This document shows positions 15,961-24,524 of a stretch of 32,000 nucleotides of DNA, in pieces (the stretch's first letter is position 1; each line of letters opens with the position of its first letter). This DNA is from Nostoc punctiforme PCC 73102. Its GTDB lineage: Bacteria > Cyanobacteriota > Cyanobacteriia > Cyanobacteriales > Nostocaceae. The notes beneath the pieces were generated by a model, which was given only the letters and a program-made list of their open reading frames with translations, had not been told where the DNA came from and made no database searches. Made by a program: the position numbers and the translations under genes. Location: contig NC_010628.1 of NCBI RefSeq assembly GCF_000020025.1, forward strand, positions 2,970,001 through 3,002,000, given 5' to 3'.

Positions 15961-17034
15961 ATGGCAAACGCACCGATACGATTATTAATAGCTGCCAGTG
16001 GGACTGGTGGACACTTGTTTCCAGCGATCGCACTGGCAGAAAAACTTCCAGATTATCAAATCGAATGGCTGGGAGTACCCAATCGGCTAGAAACTCAACT
16101 TGTCCCTAAAGAGTATCCCTTGAATACTATTGCAGTTGAGGGGTTTCAGCAAGGGTTTGGACTCTCCTCGATTCGCATCTTCGGTAAACTCGCTGGTTCG
16201 ATTATAGAAGTCAGACGAATTCTCAAACAGGGAAATTTTCAAGGGGTGTTTACCACTGGCGGTTACATTGCCGGGCCAGCCGTTATTGCGGCACGTTCTC
16301 TCGGTTTACCCGTGGTTTTCCACGAATCTAATGCCTTACCAGGTAAAGTAACTCGCTTTTTTGGCCCTTGGTGTAGTGCGGTAGCCTTGGGATTTGAAGT
16401 AGCTGCTAAGTATTTGCCTCGTGCCAAAAATGTCTGTGTTGGTACTCCTGTAAGAGGGCAATTTCTCGATGGGGCAATTAATTCACCCCTGGATTTAGCC
16501 ATTCCTGATGGTGTTCCCTTAATTGTCGTCTTTGGTGGTAGCCAAGGTGCAGTTGCGGTTAATAAGTTGGTGCGCGAGTCTGCAAAGGCTTGGTTTGATG
16601 CTGGTGCTTATGTAGTACATTTAACTGGCGATCGCGATCCCGAAGCAGATAGTCTCAAACATCCACAGTACATAGCCTTACCTTTTTACAACAATATGGC
16701 GGCGTTGTTGCAACGAGCAACTCTTGCCATTAGTCGTTCTGGTGCCGGTAGCTTGACAGAATTAGCAGTGTGTGGAACACCAGCAATTTTGATCCCTTAC
16801 CCCTTTGCCGCAGAAGACCATCAATCTTACAATGCAGACGTATTTACTTCATCTGGTGCGGCGTTAACACTGAAGCAATCGGAGTTGACGGCACAAATAT
16901 TGCAAAGTAATGTGTTGAATTTGTTGCAGTCACCGCAAGAGTTAGCAAAGATGGGTGAAAACGCTCATGCGATCGCAGTTCCCGATAGTGCCGAAAAATT
17001 GGCGCAATTAGTGCGTGAGGTGGTGGAAACATAA
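15961..17034 (+). CDS. murG: UDP-N-acetylglucosamine--N-acetylmuramyl-(pentapeptide) pyrophosphoryl-undecaprenol GlcNAc transferase
   Basis: N-terminal G-loop AASGTGGHLFPAIALAE and the C-terminal SRSGAGSLTELAVCGTPAILIPYPFAAEDHQSYNA signature. ATG at 15961, just after the in-frame TTG at 15958. Confidence 0.92.
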   Translation: MANAPIRLLIAASGTGGHLFPAIALAEKLPDYQIEWLGVPNRLETQLVPKEYPLNTIAVEGFQQGFGLSSIRIFGKLAGSIIEVRRILKQGNFQGVFTTGGYIAGPAVIAARSLGLPVVFHESNALPGKVTRFFGPWCSAVALGFEVAAKYLPRAKNVCVGTPVRGQFLDGAINSPLDLAIPDGVPLIVVFGGSQGAVAVNKLVRESAKAWFDAGAYVVHLTGDRDPEADSLKHPQYIALPFYNNMAALLQRATLAISRSGAGSLTELAVCGTPAILIPYPFAAEDHQSYNADVFTSSGAALTLKQSELTAQILQSNVLNLLQSPQELAKMGENAHAIAVPDSAEKLAQLVREVVET

Positions 17035-17072
17035 CGTCGATTATTTAGTATTAGAAATTTACTTTCCAAGTT

Positions 17073-18389
17073 ATGAATATCTTATCCAGCCAAAAATTTC
17101 GCTTCACAGTAGGTTGTGCTGCCTTATTATTTGTCAGTTTAGCCAGTAGCCATCTATATACTCAGTCAAAAAATAAACAGCTAGTCCAACAAAATCAGTC
17201 CTTTACTCAGCAAGAAAATTCTGCCCCAGTTCCATCACAAATTTCCCTCACCTCAAATTTCCAAAATCCTTTTGTTGCTCAACAAATATCTGATGAAATT
17301 ATCGATAAGCAAAACGCTTTTTTACCTCAGCAGAATTTGCTAGCCGCATCTGCACCCTATCCAGTTGTCGATGAGTTCAAAAAATATAAATTTAGTATTA
17401 ATGGCAGCCAAGTTGTTAGCCCAGGAAAACTGCCAAGTAGTAAGGTTAACTTCAATCAAGGAGATTTATTAACTGTTCTAGTTAATACTAGAAAATATTT
17501 TCAAGATTACTCTTCAGAAGACCCAGATATTCTCCGTACAGGAATGCTTGCGACTCAAGGAGTAACTATACCAGATGTTCTCAACACTTTGAATTTCATG
17601 ATTGCTGTATTAAAGGAGGATATTGCTAATAATCGAGCTACTCGTTTGCAAGATCCTAACTTTATCAATACAAATTTTCGAGTTATTAAATGGTCTCCTT
17701 ATAACCCAAAGAATAAACAGCAAAAACAATTACGAATTACCAAATATGCTGTCTTTACTCATCCCGGTTCTCGGGAGAAAACCTCTACTTTTAATACACC
17801 AATTTACAGCTTAAAAGACAACGCTAATAACGATAAATTCTATACAAAATACACCAAGCAGGATGTGTTATCAGGTATTTATGAACCAGGTGGTAAAGAA
17901 TTTGGAAAAGTTACCAGTCTCGCTTATCTAACCAGAAATGGTTTAGAAGAAGCAATTATGGAAGGAACAATATTAATTAATTTTAAAGATGGTTATAAGG
18001 CATTTTTTAATGTAGACAGAAATAATGGAATGTCTTATATTCGCGGATTGAAGGCAACAGCACAAAAACGTTATTGGTATTTTAGAGAAGTTGATGCTAT
18101 TAAAGGCTATGGATATAAAATAGATGCAAAAATTTCTATCAAACCCGGAGTTACTTTTGCAGGAGATGTTTTAAATATTGGTTTAGGTAAAGTGGTTGTG
18201 ATTGAACATACTCAAGGTGGTCGCAAACATCTACGAATGGGAGTTATCGCTGATACAGGTGGAGCCTTTTTACCCAATCTTTATCAACTCGATTTTTTGG
18301 CAGGAGTTTTTAATAATAAAAAAGAATTTGGGCAGAATGTTAGCCAATTACCTGACTATGCTACAGCATATTTTTTAGTCAAAAAGTAA
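17073..18389 (+). CDS. MltA-like lytic murein transglycosylase (3D-domain-like C-terminus), secreted
   Basis: Signal/anchor GCAALLFVSLASS. The C-terminal MGVIADTGGAFLPNLYQLDFLAG resembles the D-x-GGAI...D-x-F-x-G motif of MltA/3D domains. The gene lies 38 nt after murG. Confidence 0.5.
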   Translation: MNILSSQKFRFTVGCAALLFVSLASSHLYTQSKNKQLVQQNQSFTQQENSAPVPSQISLTSNFQNPFVAQQISDEIIDKQNAFLPQQNLLAASAPYPVVDEFKKYKFSINGSQVVSPGKLPSSKVNFNQGDLLTVLVNTRKYFQDYSSEDPDILRTGMLATQGVTIPDVLNTLNFMIAVLKEDIANNRATRLQDPNFINTNFRVIKWSPYNPKNKQQKQLRITKYAVFTHPGSREKTSTFNTPIYSLKDNANNDKFYTKYTKQDVLSGIYEPGGKEFGKVTSLAYLTRNGLEEAIMEGTILINFKDGYKAFFNVDRNNGMSYIRGLKATAQKRYWYFREVDAIKGYGYKIDAKISIKPGVTFAGDVLNIGLGKVVVIEHTQGGRKHLRMGVIADTGGAFLPNLYQLDFLAGVFNNKKEFGQNVSQLPDYATAYFLVKK

Positions 18390-18449
18390 GGAAATTTCAA
18401 AGAATAGATTATCCAGTAGCGATTGTCTTGGAAGCCAATATTGTTACTA

Positions 18450-19529
18450 CTAGGACTTACGCATTGACAGGAAATGGACTATGTGCAACCAAGCCCACCT
18501 GTTGTTTAAGGTGTTCCAGAATGAAGTCACGAGCACTGCTGTTGAGATAAATTTCTTTGGAGTTCGTACCAATTTTATTAACTCTTTCGCTCGCATTAAC
18601 TCTAATTGAGTAAACGCACGGATAGCACTAAAAAAATGAGTTTTTATTGCCTCAGTTGTTCCTACCATCCGTTGTTCAATTCCACATACCTGTTTAATGG
18701 CTCTGTGGTAACATTCAATCCCCCAATGAATTGAATGTAATGCCTTAAATTCAACCCTAGTAATTGCAATTAGTGCATCTTCTTCTGCTTCTGGTAAAAA
18801 TATGATACAGTATCTTGGCTCTCCGTTTTTGTTCGCGTTCGCGCAGCGTGTCGCTTTGCGACTCAGCGTCTCCCCTTGGGAGAAGATTTTTTGAAATACT
18901 TTCACTTTCCCAAAACTTTTTAGATGCACAATTAAGCCTTCTTCGGGTATTTCTAGATTTTTGGACTTGGGTATAATCTCGACCATTGATGGAACATGAG
19001 CGGTTTTTAGCTATGCCCATAAAAAGCCCTAATCCCTTATCTCTAATAAATCTTAGGTTTTCGCGGCTTGAATACCAAGCGTCTGTAGTCACAGTATAAG
19101 GTTGCATTCCCCAAGCCAAAACTTCTGTAATCATTTCTCTTAAATAATCATTTTTAGTTTTACCTTCCAGTTTGTTGTAGATGCATAAGGTACAGGTACA
19201 GATTTACCCGATGGGTCGGTGTAGTACAATGTTATTAACTGAATACTCTTGACTACACGATGATGTTTTCCTGACCAAAAATAACCGATTAATTCTGTTA
19301 GATTTGGGTCACTATAAGGCTTGTCAATTACTGTATCGTCTCCACTTAATGTTCCACCGCTCAAATTGATATCTGGTCTTAACTCGATAAATAAATCCTT
19401 GGGTTCATACTGCTCCCGTAACAAAAATCTATTGACACTATCATGAGATAAATCTTCCAGAATTCTTGCCAAACGTACACATCCTGGGTATTTTGATTCT
19501 GCCAGGAGAAATAGAGTGTAAGTGTTCAA
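18450..19529 (-). pseudogene. DDE transposase, split into three frames
   Basis: Three consecutive ORFs: NTYTLFLLAES...SGDDTVIDKPYS...; then EMITEVLAWGMQPYTVTTDAWYSSRENLRFIRDKG...; then ...HSIHWGIECYHRAIKQVCGIE.... Frame changes lie near 19180-19195 and 18960-18990. Only a TTG start is available. A GC-rich ~57-nt in-frame insert at ~18826-18882 encodes SQGETLSRKATRCANANKNG. Confidence 0.8.
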
Positions 19530-19699
19530 GTCACACTTTGCTGTTGATAGCTTAGTAGTAGCTCTGATAATCCCAACCCCAGATAGAGCAACATAGGTAT
19601 TATCCGTTTTTTGCAGCCCCTAAGGATTAGCGATCGCATCTGTCTTTCTTTGTTAGTTCTAATGCATAGCTTGCACTCATTGTCAATCCATAAGTCCTA
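18451..19699 (-). mobile_element. IS element (IS4/IS701-like DDE transposase), 1,249 bp, with its own diverged right end
   Basis: Left IR at 18451-18486. The internal right-end copy GCATAGCTTGCACTCATTGTCAATCCATAAGTCCTA (19664-19699) matches the outer 19 nt of the IR at 17/19, and its inner half is diverged. No ACTAC follows it. Confidence 0.7.
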
Positions 19700-19912
19700 A
19701 AAAAATTCTCTGAAGTTGTTGGAGAAACGGTTTCAGCCATTGCGTGGCGGCTGGTGACAGCTTCGCTACTTTCCCCCATCAAGGAAGCTTGACTAGCTAA
19801 CGATGTCAACCTCCTCAATGGTGGGCGGCTAGGCAAAAAGCTCAGAAGTCTTTTCCATCAGCGCGGTGCCTTCAATTCATGGGCAGACAGCCTACAGACG
19901 AGCCAATCAGGC

Positions 19913-20752
19913 TTACAGCATGGGAAGCACGCGGGGACGAGATCCGGTCGGGAAGGCTGCGTCGATTCGATCGAGTTCGGTTTGGGTCAGATTGAGTTCC
20001 CCGGCTCCCGCGTTTTCAGCGGCGTGTTTGGGGTTGGATGCTTTGGGGATTGCGAAGAGCGAGGAATGCCGCACCAGAAATCGGAGCGCGACTTGGCGAG
20101 GGGTGGCGTTATGGGCGGCGGCGATTTCCTGTAGTACGCGACCTGCGGTTGTGCGCGAGCTGGGAAAATCCCCATGACCGAACGGGCTGTATGCGACTAC
20201 GGCGACCCCATGCTTCTCACACCAGGGGATCACAGCGTGTTCGATCGCTCTCTGTCTCAAATGGTAAAGGACTTGATTACAGACGAGAGAACCCTCGCCA
20301 GCGATCTTCTGGACTGCTTCAAGGTCAGGCACATCGAAGTTGCTCACGCCCCAGCAGAGAATCTTCCCCTCGTGCTGAAGCTGCTCGAAGGCAGCGATCG
20401 TCTCCTCCAGTGGGTGTTGACCGCGCCAGTGCAACAGATAAGAGTCCAGCCGATCGGTATGAAGTCGAGCGAGCGATTTCTCGCAGGCTATGATCGTCCC
20501 TCTCCGAGAAGCATTTCCAGGAAGAACCTTGGAAACCAGGAAAACCCGATCGCGTCGTCCAGCGATCGCCTCGGCGACCACCTCCTCGGCACTGCCGTAC
20601 ATCTCCGCCGTGTCGATATGGGTCATGCCGAGATCGAGTCCTTGGCGCAAAGCGGCGATCGCAGAGGCGCGGTCACCGTTGTCGATGTACCAGGTTCCTT
20701 GACCGATCGCTGCCACCTCGCGCTGCGTGGAACCAAATCGATGCTGTTCCAT
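19913..20752 (-). CDS. Aldo/keto reductase
   Basis: Motifs GTWYI, HIDTAEMYG, LVSKV, LDSYLLHW, GVSNF, AYSPFG and IPKASNPKHAAEN; AGGAGG lies upstream of the ATG. The gene is very GC-rich: the hand-counted line 20101-20160 has 40/60 G+C. Confidence 0.9.
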   Translation of the reverse strand: MEQHRFGSTQREVAAIGQGTWYIDNGDRASAIAALRQGLDLGMTHIDTAEMYGSAEEVVAEAIAGRRDRVFLVSKVLPGNASRRGTIIACEKSLARLHTDRLDSYLLHWRGQHPLEETIAAFEQLQHEGKILCWGVSNFDVPDLEAVQKIAGEGSLVCNQVLYHLRQRAIEHAVIPWCEKHGVAVVAYSPFGHGDFPSSRTTAGRVLQEIAAAHNATPRQVALRFLVRHSSLFAIPKASNPKHAAENAGAGELNLTQTELDRIDAAFPTGSRPRVLPML

Positions 20753-20781
20753 ACCTGTCCTCCTGATTAACGCTCCGAGTC

Positions 20782-20966
20782 GAATGGCACTAAGAAAAGG
20801 GAAAATCGTTGAGGCAGCAGGGGTGCAGAGGAGCGGAGGAGCAGGGGAGAAAGAAGAAGTTTAAGGCATACGAACGGATATTTAGAAATTCCCCCCTGCA
20901 CCCCTGCACCCGTGCCCCTCTGCAATCCTTACACTGCGTACCCTTCAGCTTAACTTAGTGCCATTC
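20782..20966. mobile_element. 185-bp MITE nested in the cargo operon
   Basis: Perfect 13-bp terminal inverted repeats GAATGGCACTAAG (20782-20794) and CTTAGTGCCATTC (20954-20966). They are flanked by an 11-bp direct repeat CGCTCCGAGTC (20771-20781 and 20967-20977). The interior forms a G-rich/C-rich imperfect hairpin. Confidence 0.7.
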
Positions 20967-20978
20967 CGCTCCGAGTCC

Positions 20979-21541
20979 TCACACCATCTGCCGTACCTGC
21001 CCTGCATGGCTGAACAGCTCGATCATTTCCCGGTTGAAGGCTGGGATGTCGTCTGGCTTGCGGCTCGACACGAGGTTGCGATCAACTACAACTTCCCGAT
21101 CTACCCACTGGGCACCTGCGTTCTGGAGATCGGTCTTGAGCGACGGCCACGAGGTGAGCCGCCGTCCGCGCACCACATCTGCCTCGATCAGAGTCCAAGG
21201 TCCGTGGCAGATCACTGCTACCGGCTTGTCAGTATCGAAGAAGGACTTTATAAACTCGATCGCCTTAGCTTTAGTCCGAAGTTGATCTGGATTGGCAACA
21301 CCACCGGGAAGCAGGAGGGCATCATAGTCGGCTGGATTTACTTTATCGAGGGGGACATGTACCGGGAAAAATCCCCTTTGTCATAATGGTTCCAGCCCTG
21401 AACGCGATCGCTCTTAGGTGAAATGATGTGGGTTTGAGCACCTGCTGACTCAAGGGCTTGCTTGGGTTGAGCCATTTCAACTTGCTCAAAGCCATCTGTA
21501 ACCAGAATGGCAACTTTCTTATTTGTGAGATCTTCTGTCAT
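20979..21541 (-). pseudogene. DJ-1/PfpI family protein (glyoxalase III / protease-like), single frameshift
   Basis: The N-terminal KKVAILVTDGFEQVEMAQP...WNHYDKGD and the remainder FPVHVPLDKVNPADYDALLLPGGVANPDQL...AVICHGPWTLIEADV... are in different frames. The shift maps to the T5C3 tract on the coding strand (plus-strand GGGAAAAA at 21364-21371). Confidence 0.8.
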
Positions 21542-21595
21542 CTCTACCTCCTAAAGTGTTGGCTAGACTTGGTTTTTTCGTGTTCTTATGGGGTT

Positions 21596-22774
21596 TTAGG
21601 CAGCCTGACCTGGCTTGAGCACGATCTTGATACAGTTGTCCTTCTTGTGCTTGAAAATTTCGTAGCCGTGCGGTGCTTGTTCTAGTGGCAGACGATGGGT
21701 GATTACAAAAGATGGGTCGATATCGCCATTTTGGACGCGATCGAGTAACGGGCGCAAGTACTTATGAACGTGCGTTTGTCCCATTTTAAATGTTAAGGCT
21801 TTGTTCATGGCAGCACCCATCGGTATCTTGTCTACAAAGCCGCCGTAAACACCAGGAATTGACACAGTGCCACCTTTGCGACAGGCAACAATCACTTGCC
21901 TTAGGGCAGTGGGTCGGTCGGTTTCCATACGCACGGCTTGCTTTACCTGGTCGTAAAACGCATCTGGACCCGTACCGTGGGCTTCCATTCCCACAGCATC
22001 CATGCAAGCATCTGGACCGCGCCCACCGGTCATATCTTTGAGGGCTTCACCAACTTCAACTTCCTCATAGTTAAGGACTTCTGCCTTGCCGTCTTTCGCC
22101 ATCTGTAGGCGTTCGGGAACTCGATCGATAGCAATGACGCGCTCGGCACCTAGCATATATGCACTTCTAATGGCAAACTGTCCGACTGGACCGCAGCCCC
22201 AGATCGCTACAGTATCTCCTGGCTGGATATCGCAGTTTTCCGCTGCCATATAGCCAGTGGGGAAGATATCCGTCAGAAACAGGACTTGTTCGTCTGTTAG
22301 TCCATCAGGAATCTTGAATAAACCGACATCGGCAAAGGGAACGCGGGCATATTCAGCTTGACCTCCAGCATAGCCACCCATCATATGGGAGTAGCCGAAA
22401 AGACCAGATGGGGAATGACCCATGAGTTTTTCCGCTATCCAAGCGTTGGGGTTGGAGTTATCGCACAGCGACCACAAATCTTTTTGACAAAAGAAACAGG
22501 AGCCGCAGGAAATGGTAAAGGGAACGACAACGCGATCGCCTATCTTCACATTCTTGACGGCACTGCCTAGCTCGACCACCTCCCCCATAAATTCATGACC
22601 AAGGATGTCGCCCTTTTCCATCGTGGGGATGTAACCGTCATAAAGATGTAAATCAGAACCGCAAATCGCCGTTGACGTGATTTTAACAATCGCATCACGC
22701 GGATTGATGATTTTTGGATCGGGTACTGTATCAACTCGTACATCGTTAGCGCCGTGCCAGCAAAGTGCTTTCAT
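21596..22774 (-). CDS. Zinc-dependent alcohol dehydrogenase, formaldehyde-dehydrogenase-like subfamily
   Basis: Start [20 protein letters not shown], catalytic-Zn motif ICGSDLH...GHEFMGEV, structural-Zn motif CGSCFFCQ, and NAD-binding motif IWGCGPVG. Confidence 0.9.
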   Translation of the reverse strand: MKALCWHGANDVRVDTVPDPKIINPRDAIVKITSTAICGSDLHLYDGYIPTMEKGDILGHEFMGEVVELGSAVKNVKIGDRVVVPFTISCGSCFFCQKDLWSLCDNSNPNAWIAEKLMGHSPSGLFGYSHMMGGYAGGQAEYARVPFADVGLFKIPDGLTDEQVLFLTDIFPTGYMAAENCDIQPGDTVAIWGCGPVGQFAIRSAYMLGAERVIAIDRVPERLQMAKDGKAEVLNYEEVEVGEALKDMTGGRGPDACMDAVGMEAHGTGPDAFYDQVKQAVRMETDRPTALRQVIVACRKGGTVSIPGVYGGFVDKIPMGAAMNKALTFKMGQTHVHKYLRPLLDRVQNGDIDPSFVITHRLPLEQAPHGYEIFKHKKDNCIKIVLKPGQAA

Positions 22775-22779
22775 AATCT

Positions 22780-23283
22780 TTAACCTCCCTTTGGTTGACC
22801 TTCTGTTGTTGCAATCTCGCCTGCTTCCATCAGCATTTTGAAGCGGCGTAAATCATCTCCAATCTGCTGTTCTGGTTCTTCGCCGAAGAGTTTGGCAAAC
22901 ACAGATGCAATCGCACCACCAGGCGGGTTATATTCCGTGACGACCTTTACCTCTGTACCGCGATTGGCGGGTGCTGGCTGGAAGCGGACAGAACCAGAGT
23001 TATCAACATCTGCACCTTCAACCGAAGCCCAAGCAATCAATTCGTTTTCCCGATCTTCAATGATGTCTGCATCCCATTCAACACTTCCACCTAACACCCC
23101 ACTGGTCGTCCAGTGCGTTCGCGTAGCGTGTCCGGAGGACTCTCGCTTATTATTGTCTACTTTTACATCTTTGAGATGCTTCATGAAGCGCGGCAAGTTC
23201 CCAAAGTTATGCCAAAAGCGGTAGAGTTCCTCTGCTGGTTTGTTAATCGTTACCGTCTTTTCAACTTTAATTGGTTGGCTCAT
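22780..23283 (-). CDS. SRPBCC (cyclase/dehydrase, START-like) family protein
   Basis: [37 protein letters not shown]...[18 protein letters not shown]...VRFQPAP is typical of SRPBCC proteins. The start is set at the internal ATG (23281-23283) rather than the far-upstream start of the ORF track. Confidence 0.8.
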   Translation of the reverse strand: MSQPIKVEKTVTINKPAEELYRFWHNFGNLPRFMKHLKDVKVDNNKRESSGHATRTHWTTSGVLGGSVEWDADIIEDRENELIAWASVEGADVDNSGSVRFQPAPANRGTEVKVVTEYNPPGGAIASVFAKLFGEEPEQQIGDDLRRFKMLMEAGEIATTEGQPKGG

Positions 23284-23858
23284 GTCTATTGTCTCCCGTG
23301 CTTGCTGTATGGTGCTTTGTTTATCGCAGTTTAGACAAACAAATTTGTTTGTCCAAACCCTAATACCAGGAGCGGAGAACAGTATAGGATAAAAGCTTAT
23401 TAGCAAGAGGCATGTAGAAGTCTCTTGAAAAAATTTACCCTTCGTATCAGCCTTCTAGACTACTAAAAAAATTAACTACTACAAATCAACACCTGAACCT
23501 TAAAGCTTTCAACTAAACCTAACCTCTAACTAAAGAATGAGATTGGTGTTAAGTTAGTTAGTTCTCGCTTGTATCTTGGCGTAATGCTAAAGAAGCTGTC
23601 ACCTATTGCAATCTAGACATTCAAACATAACTAGACAAGTGTTTCACTCAAGGATTTTTAGATGCTTAACTTTGCCGAGAATGTCTTCTTTTAGGCAAAG
23701 TATACTGTGGGAGTAGGCTCCCCAGCATGAGGCTTTGACCTATGCTAATTCATCCCGCTTCACTTCCCTTGAAGGCAATGCACATAGTCCATTTCCTGTC
23801 AATGCGTAAGTCCTAACTACAGCTAATTTAACGGTTAAAATCACGAATTACGAACTAT

Positions 23859-24524
23859 TTAACTTGGCTCATTCAAATAGGATAAATATGTATTTGCCCA
23901 AATCGCAGCTTGAGTGCGATCGCGCAAATTCAGCGTGTTTAAAATATTTGTCACATGATTTTTTACTGTCCCCTCAGAAATGTAGAGTTCTTGAGCAATT
24001 TCTCGGTTACTAGCGCCTGTAGCAATTAACCGTAAAACCTCTTTTTCTCTAGGAGTAAGTTCATTTAAAGTAGATGGTACAGGTGTTGAATGGATTGGTG
24101 TACCATTAGAAAACTGAGTTAACAGCTTTTTAACTATACCTGGGCCTAATTGGGTATATCCTTTATAAACAGCACGAATCGCAACAGCTAATTCTTCTGA
24201 GGGCGTATCTTTTAATAAATAACCCATTGCCCCATTTTGTAATGCTGCTGATACATATTCATCATCATCAAAAGTCGTCAGTACTAAAATTTTAGTTTTA
24301 GAAAAACGTTTTTGAATTTCTTTCGTTGCTGCAACTCCATCCATAATAGGCATTCTGATATCTAGCAATACTACATCTGGTTGAAATTCAGCAACCAAAT
24401 TAATCGCCTGTTCGCCATTTTCTGCTTCTCCCACGATCTCTAAATCTGATTCTAATTCTAATAATGCTCTTAATCCTTGACGAATTAAACCTTGGTCATC
24501 TACTAACAATACTTTAATCATCAT
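23859..24524 (-). CDS. Response regulator, NarL/LuxR family
   Basis: Receiver motifs VLLVDDQ...[12 protein letters not shown]...GYLLKD and the Lux[44 protein letters not shown]. The start overlaps the kinase stop as ATGA. Confidence 0.9.
   Translation of the reverse strand: MMIKVLLVDDQGLIRQGLRALLELESDLEIVGEAENGEQAINLVAEFQPDVVLLDIRMPIMDGVAATKEIQKRFSKTKILVLTTFDDDEYVSAALQNGAMGYLLKDTPSEELAVAIRAVYKGYTQLGPGIVKKLLTQFSNGTPIHSTPVPSTLNELTPREKEVLRLIATGASNREIAQELYISEGTVKNHVTNILNTLNLRDRTQAAIWANTYLSYLNEPS

Larger units (their letters stand above)
18451..23815. mobile_element. 5,365-bp IS-derived cargo transposon
   Basis: TAGGACTTACGCATTGACAGGAAATGGACTATGTGC (18451-18486) is the exact reverse complement of 23780-23815 (36/36). 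ACTAC is present immediately outside both ends (18446-18450 and 23816-23820). Confidence 0.8.

Noticed and set aside
19589-19627. First candidate for the IS right end (weak ~60% resemblance to the IR)
   Set aside because: It was superseded by the much better match at 19664-19699 (17/19 in the outer segment, correct orientation).
19627-19836. 69-aa minus-strand ORF between the transposase and the cargo
   Set aside because: It spans the proximal IS inverted repeat (19664-19699) and the IS/cargo junction. It has no convincing start context or recognisable fold, so it is most likely fortuitous.
19866-20770. Plus-strand ORFs of 103, 151, 198 and 70 aa (19866-20177, 20038-20493, 20174-20770, 20490-20702)
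   Set aside because: They are antisense to the clearly recognisable aldo/keto reductase in a ~65% GC stretch. Their products are Arg/Ser/Pro-rich and low in complexity, as expected for stop-poor shadow frames.
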